This document shows, in pieces, positions 10,514-20,536 of a stretch of DNA of 64,000 bases; position 1 is the first letter of the stretch, and each line of letters starts with the position of its first letter. The notes below the pieces were generated by a model that saw only the letters and a list, made by a program, of their open reading frames with translations, was not told where the DNA came from and made no database searches. The stretch is from Bdellovibrionota bacterium (GTDB lineage Bacteria > Bdellovibrionota_C > UBA2361 > JAAYZI01), in NCBI GenBank assembly GCA_050950765.1, contig JBMNIF010000003.1, forward strand, positions 544,001 through 608,000, read 5' to 3'. Made by a program: the position numbers and the translations under genes.

Positions 10514-10831
10514 CTAAGCACCGAACTCAAAAAACGCTGTCACGACAGAGACAACTCCTAAAAATATGCAGAGCATAGCAAAGCAATCACGTCGTCGTTC
10601 TGAAGCCTCATCCATTTCAATCCTACTCCCAGCGAAAATCGTGCGGATACACCACCCAACGAAAATAATGTGAGTAAGCCTAAAGAACGGGCTAAAAAAC
10701 TGAGACGAAAAAAAGAGGTCGTAACCCAGCACAAGGAAGAAAATGGTCAGAAACTGTTTTCCTCTGATTGTGCTACGAGAGCAGACGTTTATTATTAACG
10801 TCGCCAAAAACGACACTATAAGAGATGACAT
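10514..10831 (-). CDS. Small orphan membrane protein
   Basis: 105 aa, hydrophobic, RBS AAAGGAG. Confidence 0.6.
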   Translation of the reverse strand: MSSLIVSFLATLIINVCSRSTIRGKQFLTIFFLVLGYDLFFSSQFFSPFFRLTHIIFVGWCIRTIFAGSRIEMDEASERRRDCFAMLCIFLGVVSVVTAFFEFGA

Positions 10832-10854
10832 CTAAAAGTCTCCTTTGTCTGTCA

Positions 10855-10877
10855 GTGCAGTTTGACCTGCATTAGAA
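10855..10877 (-). repeat. 23-bp leader motif, copy 2
   Basis: Contains TGCAG-GTCAAA-CTGCA mini-hairpin; matches 10366-10388. Confidence 0.8.
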
Positions 10878-10979
10878 CTGGGAATACACCTTAAATAAGG
10901 TGTACCTAGAGAAGCAGTTTAAGTTTACCTAGATAAAACCTTAACAAACGCGACTGCTTCTAAAAAATTAAATAACTGT

Positions 10980-12824
10980 CCTAAATTCCCGTTTTTTTAT
11001 AGTCTACACCTTAGTATTTAATATTTTATCGACAAAAATCTTCTGGTCAATTTCTAATGCTTCTAAAATATCTTTTTGTTTTTTTGTTAATGGCTGTAGT
11101 AGCATGCTCAGATTTTCATTATCTATGCGTCTTATCATTTTAAGCGCTTCTAAAACTCTCTGAATGGTTTTTTCTACTTTTTTGTTATTATTATTTATAG
11201 TTCTTTGTAAGTCTGACCACATAATTAAGCTAAGAAAGGAGACGAAGCTTTTGCCGTCAGTAGTTTTTTCATTATGTGTTAGCATACGGTCATTATCCAA
11301 TTCATTTTTTAAATTATCGAAAGCTTTCTCAATAAAGTCTCGTCGTGAATAGATATGAAGTGCTTCTTGTGGTGTCATTGTTGAGTGGTTACTCAAAAAA
11401 GCAAAAACTCCTAGCATAGATAAGATATCGGTAATTTTTTCATGATCCCTTTCAAAACTTTCTAACTGCACTTCTTTCTTAGTTTTTATTTTGTAGTATT
11501 TAGAGTAGCGACTCATACTCATAGGCTTTTTCATTTCTTTTAGTTCATCTTCTAATCTGTCAATATGAGAGTAAAGAGTGCTCTCTTCCTCAGATGCACT
11601 TTTTGTATTTAAGTAAACGTAGAGAGAAAATTTTTCTCCATTTATCACAATATCTTTTCTTACCCCATAACAATTTGTCCCAGATATGTGATTCCTAGAA
11701 GAGCGAAGAGTAACAGATGCTTCCCTCATAGTATCGTTGTAATTTTTCTGAGATTTAGGAACAGCTACGAGAAATTCTATTTGCTCTTTTTTTATATATT
11801 CTAAATTTTCTTTTGTAATAAAACCTCTATCCAGAACATAAAATATATCATCAATACCTAAGCTTTTAGAGTATTCCATCATTGTTGTAAGAAAAACTTT
11901 ATCAACAACACTTCCACTGTAAAGAAAAAAACTTATTGGTAAATTGCTGTCGGTAGCGTATAAAAGTCCGACATTTAGTTGTGGTAAATATTCTTTGTCT
12001 CTATTGTATCCATTCTCGGCAAGTGGCAAGTCTGCATAAGTAGAAAGGCTCGTAACATCATAAGCTACAGTCTCATTGTTTTTCATAGCATGGTTTTTCC
12101 ACACAGAAAAAAACTTCATTTGATCTTGTTTGGTAATCGATGAAAAAAGCTCACTTGTCTTTTGCGAGGATAGAGATATGTTTTTAGGGGTAAGAGTATT
12201 TTGCAAAAAATTATCTATATTCATCATTACATTGCCTTCGCAAGCCATGTATAACGCAGTATAAAAGATATCTTCGTATTTATCGGGAAAGATTGTTTTT
12301 AAGCATTTTAATAACCCTATAGCCTCAGCTCTCATTTTTAATGCGACTACGTGACCTGCGTCCCAAACAAAGCGAGAAGAAGCTAGATCAATAACGTCAG
12401 ATGGCATTGGATAATATTTTCTAAAGTTCTCATTAGGAATCATTCTTCCTTGTCTATCAGGGTCTATCTTTCCCACAATCACTTCATCACAAGTAGGTGT
12501 GCCGTTCTTATTACGACGATGACCAAGTACGTGATACACATACTTTACGTTCCCTTTGTTATCTTTTTTATACGAAATCTTTTTTTCTGGAATTGGAATT
12601 GAAATATTTATTAAAGCCATTTTGCCTCCTATTTTTTACTGTCTCGTAGACTACGGAAGTATAGTCTACAAAGCAAAAGATGTCAATAGTTTTTTTAAAA
12701 AAATTAAAAAAACTTTTATAAAAAAACTTAATTAAATAAGTATGTTGGAGGAAATATAATATTAGAAAATCTAAATATGAAATTAAATTATTGATATGGA
12801 CTACATAAAAAACGGGAATTTAGG
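10980..12824 (-). mobile_element. IS1634-family-like insertion sequence (1845 bp)
   Basis: Perfect 18-bp terminal IR CCTAAATTCCCGTTTTTT (10980-10997 / 12807-12824); 7-bp direct repeat TAACTGT at 10973-10979 and 12825-12831; visibly AT-richer than flanks. Confidence 0.92.
11004..12620 (-). CDS. IS1634-family DDE transposase
   Basis: YDVTS, GYNRD, PQLNVGL, VLDRGF, YSRRDFIEKAFDNLK, FVSFLSL motifs. Confidence 0.88.
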   Translation of the reverse strand: MALINISIPIPEKKISYKKDNKGNVKYVYHVLGHRRNKNGTPTCDEVIVGKIDPDRQGRMIPNENFRKYYPMPSDVIDLASSRFVWDAGHVVALKMRAEAIGLLKCLKTIFPDKYEDIFYTALYMACEGNVMMNIDNFLQNTLTPKNISLSSQKTSELFSSITKQDQMKFFSVWKNHAMKNNETVAYDVTSLSTYADLPLAENGYNRDKEYLPQLNVGLLYATDSNLPISFFLYSGSVVDKVFLTTMMEYSKSLGIDDIFYVLDRGFITKENLEYIKKEQIEFLVAVPKSQKNYNDTMREASVTLRSSRNHISGTNCYGVRKDIVINGEKFSLYVYLNTKSASEEESTLYSHIDRLEDELKEMKKPMSMSRYSKYYKIKTKKEVQLESFERDHEKITDILSMLGVFAFLSNHSTMTPQEALHIYSRRDFIEKAFDNLKNELDNDRMLTHNEKTTDGKSFVSFLSLIMWSDLQRTINNNNKKVEKTIQRVLEALKMIRRIDNENLSMLLQPLTKKQKDILEALEIDQKIFVDKILNTKV

Positions 12825-13124
12825 TAACTGTAAGACGTATTACTTATTAAATTTCTTAGAAGCAGTTTCTTTTTCATCTACACATATTCAATTTAAAATC
12901 TATATATAAAAGAGCTCTAAGCGGCTATTAAAAAAAGCCCCTATTTAGTATCAGTTAGAGTAAAAAGCTAATCAAATTTTTATGCACTTTTTAAAATAAG
13001 CATTTAGGTAATTTTTTGATGGTTATAAGTCTAAGACGGATTTTAAGGTATTAAAAACAGAAGCATTTTTGGGGAAATAGGTTTGACTAAGGAGGGAGGG
13101 AAAAAGCACTCCGCTAAAGTAGAA

Positions 13125-14759
13125 CTACAATAAGTTAAGTAAAGATTCCGTTACATCAGAGCGCAGCGTGGTGTCTATCCTCAATTCATTTGCTCCGCAG
13201 GAAAGAGCTAACGGTGCAAGGGGATCGCGTGCATCTGCAACGTTTGCATGGAGAGATGCGATATTGTCTAAGAACAGCCTCGCCATAGCAGTTCCTCTAA
13301 GGTAGGTTTCAAACAACTCGCTCCCCTGCCATTCTAAATCAGGAACCAAAGAGAAATGAGAAAAGCCCGTGTTAAGATCTTGTAGCGATCTTAATTTATG
13401 CAGATGCAGCAAGCGAACCTCCCAAGAATCCCACTTTGCAATACGCATACAACAGGAAGCTTTAGCTCCAAACCTGTGCATCCACTTTACAACACGCAAC
13501 CAGTCCGGTGTGTTTTTAGCACTCCGTTTGCCTCTTTTTTTAATTAACATCTCACCGCCCCAAGCCGGAACGGCATCTAAACCAGCCTCAACTAAACGTG
13601 AGGCAACCTCTTCAAAAGTTAACGCCGCTGCTTGCGCCAAGTTGAAGATAACAGGAATTCCGATCCCTTCTAGTGAAGTTTTACAAACAGACTTTAATCT
13701 TCGTAACGCCTCCTCATATATTTCAAGATCAGTTGTTTGTTCAGAAAAAGGGTAGAAAATTAAGGTCGAAACATCATTAACCGTTTTTTTTGATAACACC
13801 TCAGACTCTGCTAGAAGGTTTTCCAAGTTCGTAAATCTTACGGAGAAATCGTATCCGATACTTCGCTTACTAAATAATCTGCTACGCAAGAGATCAGCCG
13901 CTAGAGCGAGATCCGCTAACGGCGCCTCTTGCACGACCTTACAGGCATCCTCAATACTTAAGCGTTTACCATCAAGCGTATCTTGCAAAATATCGCTTAC
14001 GCACCGATGTCTTTCATCATTAGGAGCTACACCTCGTATAACTTTTGAAATACTAACGTATGTTGCTTGCGGTAAAAGATCTTTTGTAACACACAATTCA
14101 TAAAACTTATTTAGATCTTCTTTAACTCGAGGAGTTAAACAACAAGCACCCTCACAAGAAGGCTCCTTACCTTCTTTAGTACACTTTTTAAGAGCAGCAT
14201 CTAAAACTTTATGAGTCTCCGAAGTTATAGCAGCCTGCCGTGTCGCCCAGATTAACGCCAGCAGGGGTAAGCCCGACCACTCTTTCCAACGTGTAGTTAA
14301 GTCTTCTGCATTGTATTCGCCACTAACTGCCTCCTGATCTCCGAGACAAACCAACCCTTCATCATCTTTAAGGTCTGCCAACATGATCGGACGTATAATG
14401 CGTACAATCCGCGGCACTATCTGCCAATGATCTTCCATTAAGAGTTTTAAGAAGAGCCCCACAGCACCAACTGAATCAATCAGATAGATCGTCTGCAATT
14501 TTTGTAATGATGCTTTGTGATAGAGCGTTATTTGTGCAGCGCTCTTGACAAGGTCTACTCCAAAATCCAAACCTAAACACCCACCATGCAAGGCGAAATC
14601 AGCCACAGAGATTAGTGCCACATCAACCTCACCCGCCATTAAACGCGTTATATTATCAGCAGGTGAATTCTCTTGGTAAAGAAATGAAGTATCTTTCGCT
14701 AACCTTTGATAGCCCTTTCCAAGTGTACCACAGCAATTAGCAATCTTTATCTTCTTCAT
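13125..14759 (-). CDS. Divergent MqnA-like + MqnC-like fusion lacking the radical-SAM CxxxCxxC motif
   Basis: N-half: RLMAGEVDVALIS, WKEWSGLPLLALIWA (MqnA-like). C-half: DGKRLSIED...LAADLLR, RLVEAGLDAVPAWGGEML, HLHKLRSLQD..TGF, ARLFLDNI, ALSCGANE (MqnC/CofH-like). Confidence 0.75.
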   Translation of the reverse strand: MKKIKIANCCGTLGKGYQRLAKDTSFLYQENSPADNITRLMAGEVDVALISVADFALHGGCLGLDFGVDLVKSAAQITLYHKASLQKLQTIYLIDSVGAVGLFLKLLMEDHWQIVPRIVRIIRPIMLADLKDDEGLVCLGDQEAVSGEYNAEDLTTRWKEWSGLPLLALIWATRQAAITSETHKVLDAALKKCTKEGKEPSCEGACCLTPRVKEDLNKFYELCVTKDLLPQATYVSISKVIRGVAPNDERHRCVSDILQDTLDGKRLSIEDACKVVQEAPLADLALAADLLRSRLFSKRSIGYDFSVRFTNLENLLAESEVLSKKTVNDVSTLIFYPFSEQTTDLEIYEEALRRLKSVCKTSLEGIGIPVIFNLAQAAALTFEEVASRLVEAGLDAVPAWGGEMLIKKRGKRSAKNTPDWLRVVKWMHRFGAKASCCMRIAKWDSWEVRLLHLHKLRSLQDLNTGFSHFSLVPDLEWQGSELFETYLRGTAMARLFLDNIASLHANVADARDPLAPLALSCGANELRIDTTLRSDVTESLLNLL

Positions 14760-15802
14760 GCCAAGATACCTCTATCATCTCCACCAAACACCGTTAAGAG
14801 ATCAATATAACTCGGAAGATGTAACGCCTCTACGGATTCGATATCAACAGCGCCATAGATTTTGCTATTAAATCCAAAAAATTTAAACATTCCTAAAGAG
14901 CTGAGAGAGGGGTATGACCCACTTATGCCACGCTCATTCAAGCCCTGCAAAACAATACTACCGACTGCTAGCCCCCTCATAATAAAGAGATCATAATCAA
15001 CACTTTCAGCTACTTTTTGTGAAGCATTAAAAGACTCTCCAACACACCAACTATCAATTACACCATCTGCAACACCTTTATTAAGTTGATGCAGCTCCCG
15101 CGCAAAAAGAGGGATCGTTCGGAAACGATCAAGTCTAGTATAAAGATCCACAGAGAACCCACACTCTTTCAGAATAGGAATTGCGCTTCGATACGTTGTT
15201 TCTCGCAAGCGGTCGAATTGCAACTGCTTTAATTGCAACAATACATTTTTTAGTCTATCCGAACGCAGGTCTCTATCACTTGAGCTTTCATGCAACATCA
15301 ACCAAGAATTAATCTGATCGACAGAGGGACCAACCAAAACGAGATCTTCTCGCTCCTCTTTTATCTTTGCGATAACGTCTCTCCACATCCCCATCAGATC
15401 ACTAAAATCAGAGATGTCTGAAAAAACATTAAGCCCGTTGTATAACTTTCCACTAAAAATAGTTGCGATCTTTTTTTCTACATACGAAAAACCACCCAGC
15501 CCCATCCACGATTCTAACGGTAGATGTAGCGCTGGAACGATCTGAAAGATCGGAGCTTCATCAACTGATGCCAAAGCTGATAATTTCATTAAGACAGATA
15601 ACGGCGCTTTTGTTAAAAGGAGCTCTATCTCTTCAACTTCAAAAGGTGTTTTTGTTGAAATTTTTTCTAAGATCTGAGAAAAGCCGAAAGCTGCTAAAGT
15701 GCTCTTCGTGAAGCGTTCCGAACACAACTTAGAATCGTTAAGTAGCCCCTCTACGGGAACAGACCTCCCTCTTATGATTCCACGTTTTGCCAGAGTTCCC
15801 AT
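14756..15802 (-). CDS. Highly divergent MqnE/CofH-like protein, no radical-SAM motif
   Basis: ILEKISTKTPFEVEEIELL, VIAKIKEEREDLVLVG, VLLQLKQLQFDRL, RGLAVGSIVL; ATG 15802 behind GGAGG; stop overlaps next start. Confidence 0.5.
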   Translation of the reverse strand: MGTLAKRGIIRGRSVPVEGLLNDSKLCSERFTKSTLAAFGFSQILEKISTKTPFEVEEIELLLTKAPLSVLMKLSALASVDEAPIFQIVPALHLPLESWMGLGGFSYVEKKIATIFSGKLYNGLNVFSDISDFSDLMGMWRDVIAKIKEEREDLVLVGPSVDQINSWLMLHESSSDRDLRSDRLKNVLLQLKQLQFDRLRETTYRSAIPILKECGFSVDLYTRLDRFRTIPLFARELHQLNKGVADGVIDSWCVGESFNASQKVAESVDYDLFIMRGLAVGSIVLQGLNERGISGSYPSLSSLGMFKFFGFNSKIYGAVDIESVEALHLPSYIDLLTVFGGDDRGILA

Positions 15803-15978
15803 GCTGCCGCCTCCACGCTGCCACAGACTAACAAAACTACCCTTTAAGGGCAAATGAACGAAACCTCAGGAACGGATATATTATCTCTTTCTTCTTACTG
15901 CATAAGTCTATAAAAATTACTGAAAAAGCCTCTGCAAAAAGCTTGCTCTAAGACGTTTAAGTGCCTTATGCTAGTGAT

Positions 15979-17082
15979 ATGGAGAATAACACCACCACCT
16001 TTTTACGACAACCTAAAGATGCCTCTCTTCAAAGCGCTACCTTAACCACCGCACGCAAGATCTCTGAAGCGCTTGGTCCGATCCCCACCTTATTTTCAGT
16101 CCCCATCCGCGCCCTCTTACTTGATCAAGAGACCTCTCAAGTGATGCGTCCTAGTACTCAACTTTTAGTTTCAAACCTCTTAACCTCTCCAACTTTGAAG
16201 GCATCTTTTTACTACGCCGCTCTGACATTTCACGGAGAGAAATTAAACAATAGCGCTTATCTCTCATCTACTGATCTCGTCCGCATTTTTTCACCAGCAG
16301 AAACGGCTTCTATTATCGGAATAATCTTTTTAACGATGCGCATTCAGAAGATCGGGAAGTTACGTGAAGATCCCGATTGGCAAGAGATCCTTGATAGAGC
16401 CGTTATTTGTAGTGAGATAGGTGGTCAGATCGGTTATGCCATACCGACACTAGGCGCAGCACACGCACTTTTAGTCGGCACTTTACCGTACATCGTTGAA
16501 GGTTTGTTTTTTATAACCGATATCAATGGAGCTAAGGTTTATCATCAGGAGCTCCGCTCCTCCGAAGAAAGATACAATATTGAATCAGAGATGCAGCTCT
16601 GGAGGTGCTCCCGTTTTGATATTATTGTTAATCTACTGCAGATGTTAGGTTTCGGGGTGCCCTTTGCACATACCTTCCTCACACCATTTGAAAAAACGGA
16701 GGAAGATGCAGAAGATTCTGAAAATTATAAAACACTACTTATCGACGAGTGGATTCAGGCTCTTTTTCAAACAGGAGAGAAGCCGCAAAAAGTGCATAAA
16801 GGCACTTATTATCCGTTGGAACGTGATTTCCATAAGTTGATGTATGAAGTAGATCTAATCAGACGTAACGGCAGTAAATATAATTGGCTCAAACGTTCGC
16901 GTCATGACATTAATCCTACTGACACTCCACAACTTTTTCAGGAGGTTTTGCAAGAACTACGAGAACCGAGCGCCATTCAACGTTTTTATGAGGAAAATAT
17001 GCCGAAAGAGTTACTTGAAACTTTATCAGAAAAAGATTTACAAGAGCTAAGTGCTATTGATCACCAATTCTCAGAAGAATAA
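15979..17082 (+). CDS. Hypothetical protein with degenerate HDOD-like domain
   Basis: LLTSPTLKASF..., ALLVGTLPYIV, EMQLWRCSRFDIIVNLLQMLGF resemble HDOD helices without the HD. Confidence 0.45.
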   Translation: MENNTTTFLRQPKDASLQSATLTTARKISEALGPIPTLFSVPIRALLLDQETSQVMRPSTQLLVSNLLTSPTLKASFYYAALTFHGEKLNNSAYLSSTDLVRIFSPAETASIIGIIFLTMRIQKIGKLREDPDWQEILDRAVICSEIGGQIGYAIPTLGAAHALLVGTLPYIVEGLFFITDINGAKVYHQELRSSEERYNIESEMQLWRCSRFDIIVNLLQMLGFGVPFAHTFLTPFEKTEEDAEDSENYKTLLIDEWIQALFQTGEKPQKVHKGTYYPLERDFHKLMYEVDLIRRNGSKYNWLKRSRHDINPTDTPQLFQEVLQELREPSAIQRFYEENMPKELLETLSEKDLQELSAIDHQFSEE

Positions 17083-17096
17083 CAGGACTAAATACC

Positions 17097-18230
17097 TTGA
17101 ACACACAAGCAACAACAACATTTGAAGTACAGAAGGGGGGGAAGATCCTTATCAACCTTGCTGGTGTCTGGAGCATCTCTAAACGAGGCACAAAATTCCC
17201 CGACTTAGAACCTCAACTTCAAAAGGTTAAACCGATCTCTGAAATAAGCTTCAACTTAGCTAACGTTCAAAGTTGGGATACCAGCCTTGTCGCTTTTATT
17301 AACTCTGTTCTCCGTTATGCAGCTAAGCACTCTATAAAAGTTCAAACCACAGACCTGCCACCTGACTTACAGAGCATTTTAGATTTAGCTAGAGCTGTTC
17401 CTGCTAAAGAGCAATCAGAAGACGGCGATTCCGCCTCAAACCCACTTGCAAAATTGGGTGCCTCTGCCCTGCGAAGCTACGCCTCTTTAAAAGAGGTCTT
17501 CACCTTTACGGGAGAGGTCACACTGACCGCTTTTAGAGTTATGCTCGGCAAGAATAAATTTCGATTTTCTGAAACTCTCGCCATCATTCAGCAGTGTGGA
17601 CCAGAAGCACTTCCGATTGTAACCCTTATCTCCGTCTTAATCGGTCTGATTTTAGCTTATATCGGTGCCGTGCAACTACAACAGTTCGGCGCCACTATCT
17701 ACGTTGCAAACCTAGTCGGCATCGCAATGTTACGTGAAATGGGTGCTATTATGGCAGCTATCGTTATGGCGGGTCGAACGGGTGCGGCTTTTGCCGCACA
17801 GTTAGGAACTATGCAGGTCAATGAAGAGATTGATGCCTTCAAAACTCTCGGCATCTCACCTATTGAGATCTTAGTTTTGCCACGTATGTTGGCGTTAGTC
17901 TTGATGATGCCGTTCCTCTGCCTCTATGCAGATATCTTAGGAATTTTGGGAGGTGCCATAGTTGGTATTTTCTCGTTAGACCTTGACCCAACGTTATTTT
18001 TCCGACAAGTTCAAAAATCCATCGACTTAGGTGATCTCTTTGTCGGTATGGTGAAAAGTGTGGTCTTTGGAGTGTTGATTGCGTCAGCAGGGTGCTTACG
18101 TGGTATTAAGTGCTCACGCAACGCCTCCGCCGTTGGTGCTGCCGTCACTGCAGCCGTTGTTTCAAGTATCGTAGCCATCGTTGTTACTGATGCTATTTTC
18201 GCTGTCATAACAAATATTTTAGGAGTTTAA
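17097..18230 (+). CDS. MlaE-family ABC permease with N-terminal STAS-like domain
   Basis: LREMGAIMAAIVMAGRTGAAFAAQLGTMQVNEEIDA...LVLPR. Confidence 0.93.
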   Translation: MNTQATTTFEVQKGGKILINLAGVWSISKRGTKFPDLEPQLQKVKPISEISFNLANVQSWDTSLVAFINSVLRYAAKHSIKVQTTDLPPDLQSILDLARAVPAKEQSEDGDSASNPLAKLGASALRSYASLKEVFTFTGEVTLTAFRVMLGKNKFRFSETLAIIQQCGPEALPIVTLISVLIGLILAYIGAVQLQQFGATIYVANLVGIAMLREMGAIMAAIVMAGRTGAAFAAQLGTMQVNEEIDAFKTLGISPIEILVLPRMLALVLMMPFLCLYADILGILGGAIVGIFSLDLDPTLFFRQVQKSIDLGDLFVGMVKSVVFGVLIASAGCLRGIKCSRNASAVGAAVTAAVVSSIVAIVVTDAIFAVITNILGV

Positions 18231-18236
18231 AAGATT

Positions 18237-18989
18237 ATGACAGACGCTATTTTATCCGTAAAAGGGCTGCAACTTGGGTATGGCGATTACGTCTTACAAC
18301 GCGATTTAACATTTGATGTTAAGCGTGGTGATATCTTTTTTATTATGGGCGGTAGCGGCTGCGGAAAAAGCACCTTGCTAAAATCGCTAATCGGACTAAC
18401 TCCTCCACAAGCTGGAGCTGTTTTTCACAACGGTAAAGATTTTTGGAACGCTCCCGAAGATGAACAATCAGTTATAATGCGTAACTTCGGCATGCTTTAT
18501 CAAGCAGGTGCCTTGTGGAGCTCCATGACTTTAAAAGAGAACGTCTGCTTACCACTAAAAGAGTACTCAAAACTCGGCAAAGATGAGATTGATGAGATGG
18601 CGCGTTTAAAGTTAGCGCTAGTCGGATTGGCAGGATTTGAAGAGTTCTACCCTTCTGAAATAAGTGGTGGAATGCGTAAACGTGCCGCTTTAGCACGTGC
18701 CATAGCGCTCGACCCGCACCTTCTTTTTCTGGACGAACCGTCAGCTGGTTTAGATCCGATCACATCAAAGCTACTGGATGATCTGATTGTGGCGCTTCAA
18801 CAAACTTTCGGCATGACGGTCATAATAGTTAGCCATGAATTGGCGAGTATTTTATCAATCGGTACTAATTCCGTATTTTTAGATAATAGATTAAAAACGA
18901 TGACTGCATACGGTAATCCTAGTCTTTTATTAAAACAAGGTGACAACAAGAGTGTTGTTTCTTTTTTATCGCGAGGCGAAAATCAGTGA
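18237..18989 (+). CDS. MlaF-family ABC ATP-binding protein
   Basis: GGSGCGKS, ISGGMRKRAALARA, DEPSAGLDP. Confidence 0.93.
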   Translation: MTDAILSVKGLQLGYGDYVLQRDLTFDVKRGDIFFIMGGSGCGKSTLLKSLIGLTPPQAGAVFHNGKDFWNAPEDEQSVIMRNFGMLYQAGALWSSMTLKENVCLPLKEYSKLGKDEIDEMARLKLALVGLAGFEEFYPSEISGGMRKRAALARAIALDPHLLFLDEPSAGLDPITSKLLDDLIVALQQTFGMTVIIVSHELASILSIGTNSVFLDNRLKTMTAYGNPSLLLKQGDNKSVVSFLSRGENQ

Positions 18990-18990
18990 T

Positions 18991-19920
18991 ATGAGCAAAC
19001 CTACTAACACCACACTAATCGGAGTTTTTGTTTTAGGCGGCATCGCCTTACTGATTGCTGCCATAGTTATTTTAGGCAGCGGACGGTTTTTTAGTAATAC
19101 CGTCACCTGTATCGCCTATTTTAACGGTTCCGTTAAAGGGTTGACGATCGGATCTACTGTGCGTTTTCGTGGCGCAGTTATAGGTAAAGTTACCGACATC
19201 CATTTGGAGATCCGTAAGAGTGAAACTGGAGAACCGTTATTACCGGTTACTTTCGATCTCATAACAGAGAAGGTCAATCGCATTGAAGGGAGGACAAACT
19301 CAAAGTCGTACTCACAAGCTGTCAAGGTTATCAAAAACCTTATACAACAAGGTGTCAAAGCCAGCTTAGCGATGGACAGTATCGTAACGGGGCAATTATA
19401 CGTTGATCTGGATTATCATCCGACTACCCCTATCGTATATTTAGGAGAGACACGAGGGTTGCCGGAGATCCCGACCTCCAGATCTCCTTTTGAAAAGATT
19501 AAAGATTCATTACAAGCGTTACCGATTAATGACGTAATCTCCTCTGCCAATGATACGTTAAAAAGTATTGATGAGTTTTTTTCCTCTAAAGATCTATCAG
19601 TAGCTATTAAATCTGTAAATGAACTAACTACGAAAGCAACAGAAAGTTTAAACCTAATAAATAATTTAACTACGGAGACCGAATCAGCAGTAACACAAGC
19701 TACAAAAACCTTAAAGTCGATAGAACGTGCTGCTACAACTCTGCATGATTCAACCAATCCGACCTCGCCCTTAAGATACAAACTAATCTCAACCATGAAT
19801 GAAATTGAGAAAGCTTCACGCAGTTTTCAGATCCTTTCTGATTTCTTACAACGCAACCCCGAAGCGTTGCTGTATGGTAAACACGGAGACAATAAGTTTC
19901 CGCAAGAAAAAAATCGTTAA
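18991..19920 (+). CDS. MCE/MlaD (PqiB-like) protein
   Basis: N-terminal TM; GSVKGLTIGSTVRFRG; SIVTGQLYVDLD; LQRNPEALLYG. Confidence 0.9.
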   Translation: MSKPTNTTLIGVFVLGGIALLIAAIVILGSGRFFSNTVTCIAYFNGSVKGLTIGSTVRFRGAVIGKVTDIHLEIRKSETGEPLLPVTFDLITEKVNRIEGRTNSKSYSQAVKVIKNLIQQGVKASLAMDSIVTGQLYVDLDYHPTTPIVYLGETRGLPEIPTSRSPFEKIKDSLQALPINDVISSANDTLKSIDEFFSSKDLSVAIKSVNELTTKATESLNLINNLTTETESAVTQATKTLKSIERAATTLHDSTNPTSPLRYKLISTMNEIEKASRSFQILSDFLQRNPEALLYGKHGDNKFPQEKNR

Positions 19921-19947
19921 ATAATATTACATATAAGGACAGAAACA

Positions 19948-20529
19948 ATGACAACTTTTAAGATATTCCTGACTATTTGTTGCGGTTTATTATTGAGTGC
20001 TTGTAGCAGTAAATCTACTCAATCTCAATTTTATATGTTGAACATTGATGTGTCAGACCTTCCGACGGTACAAAGCAAATATACTTCAATCGGAATCGGT
20101 CCTATTGAGGTAGCAACTTATTTGCAGCAATCACAACTTGTCACACAGGAGAGCGACAACAGGTATAAATTAAATGAATTTAATCGTTGGATAGAGCCTT
20201 TAGACGACACCATAACTTCAGCCATGAGCACCGTTTTTGCGCATCAACTCGGCATCAAGCAGGTCTACACCTATCCGTGGCTGGAAGTTAATCCTGACTT
20301 GCACCTAACTATTAAACTACACCGCTTCCACTGTCAGATAAATACTAAACAGTGTGATCTAGTTGCGGCGTGGACACTAAGAAACGGTAAAACGGGTAAA
20401 CAGATTAAGAGTGATTTTGTAACGGAGTCTTTACCGCTATCTAAAAACGATTTTGTTACCGTTGTTGAAACATTGAGTGATCTTCTTAAAAACTTAAGTA
20501 AGAGGATAGTGACCGAGATTCAAGGATAG
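19948..20529 (+). CDS. PqiC-like ABC-transport auxiliary lipoprotein
   Basis: Lipobox LLSAC; IGIGPIEVATYL, NRWIEPL; last gene of the MCE operon. Confidence 0.85.
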   Translation: MTTFKIFLTICCGLLLSACSSKSTQSQFYMLNIDVSDLPTVQSKYTSIGIGPIEVATYLQQSQLVTQESDNRYKLNEFNRWIEPLDDTITSAMSTVFAHQLGIKQVYTYPWLEVNPDLHLTIKLHRFHCQINTKQCDLVAAWTLRNGKTGKQIKSDFVTESLPLSKNDFVTVVETLSDLLKNLSKRIVTEIQG

Positions 20530-20536
20530 GTGTAAA

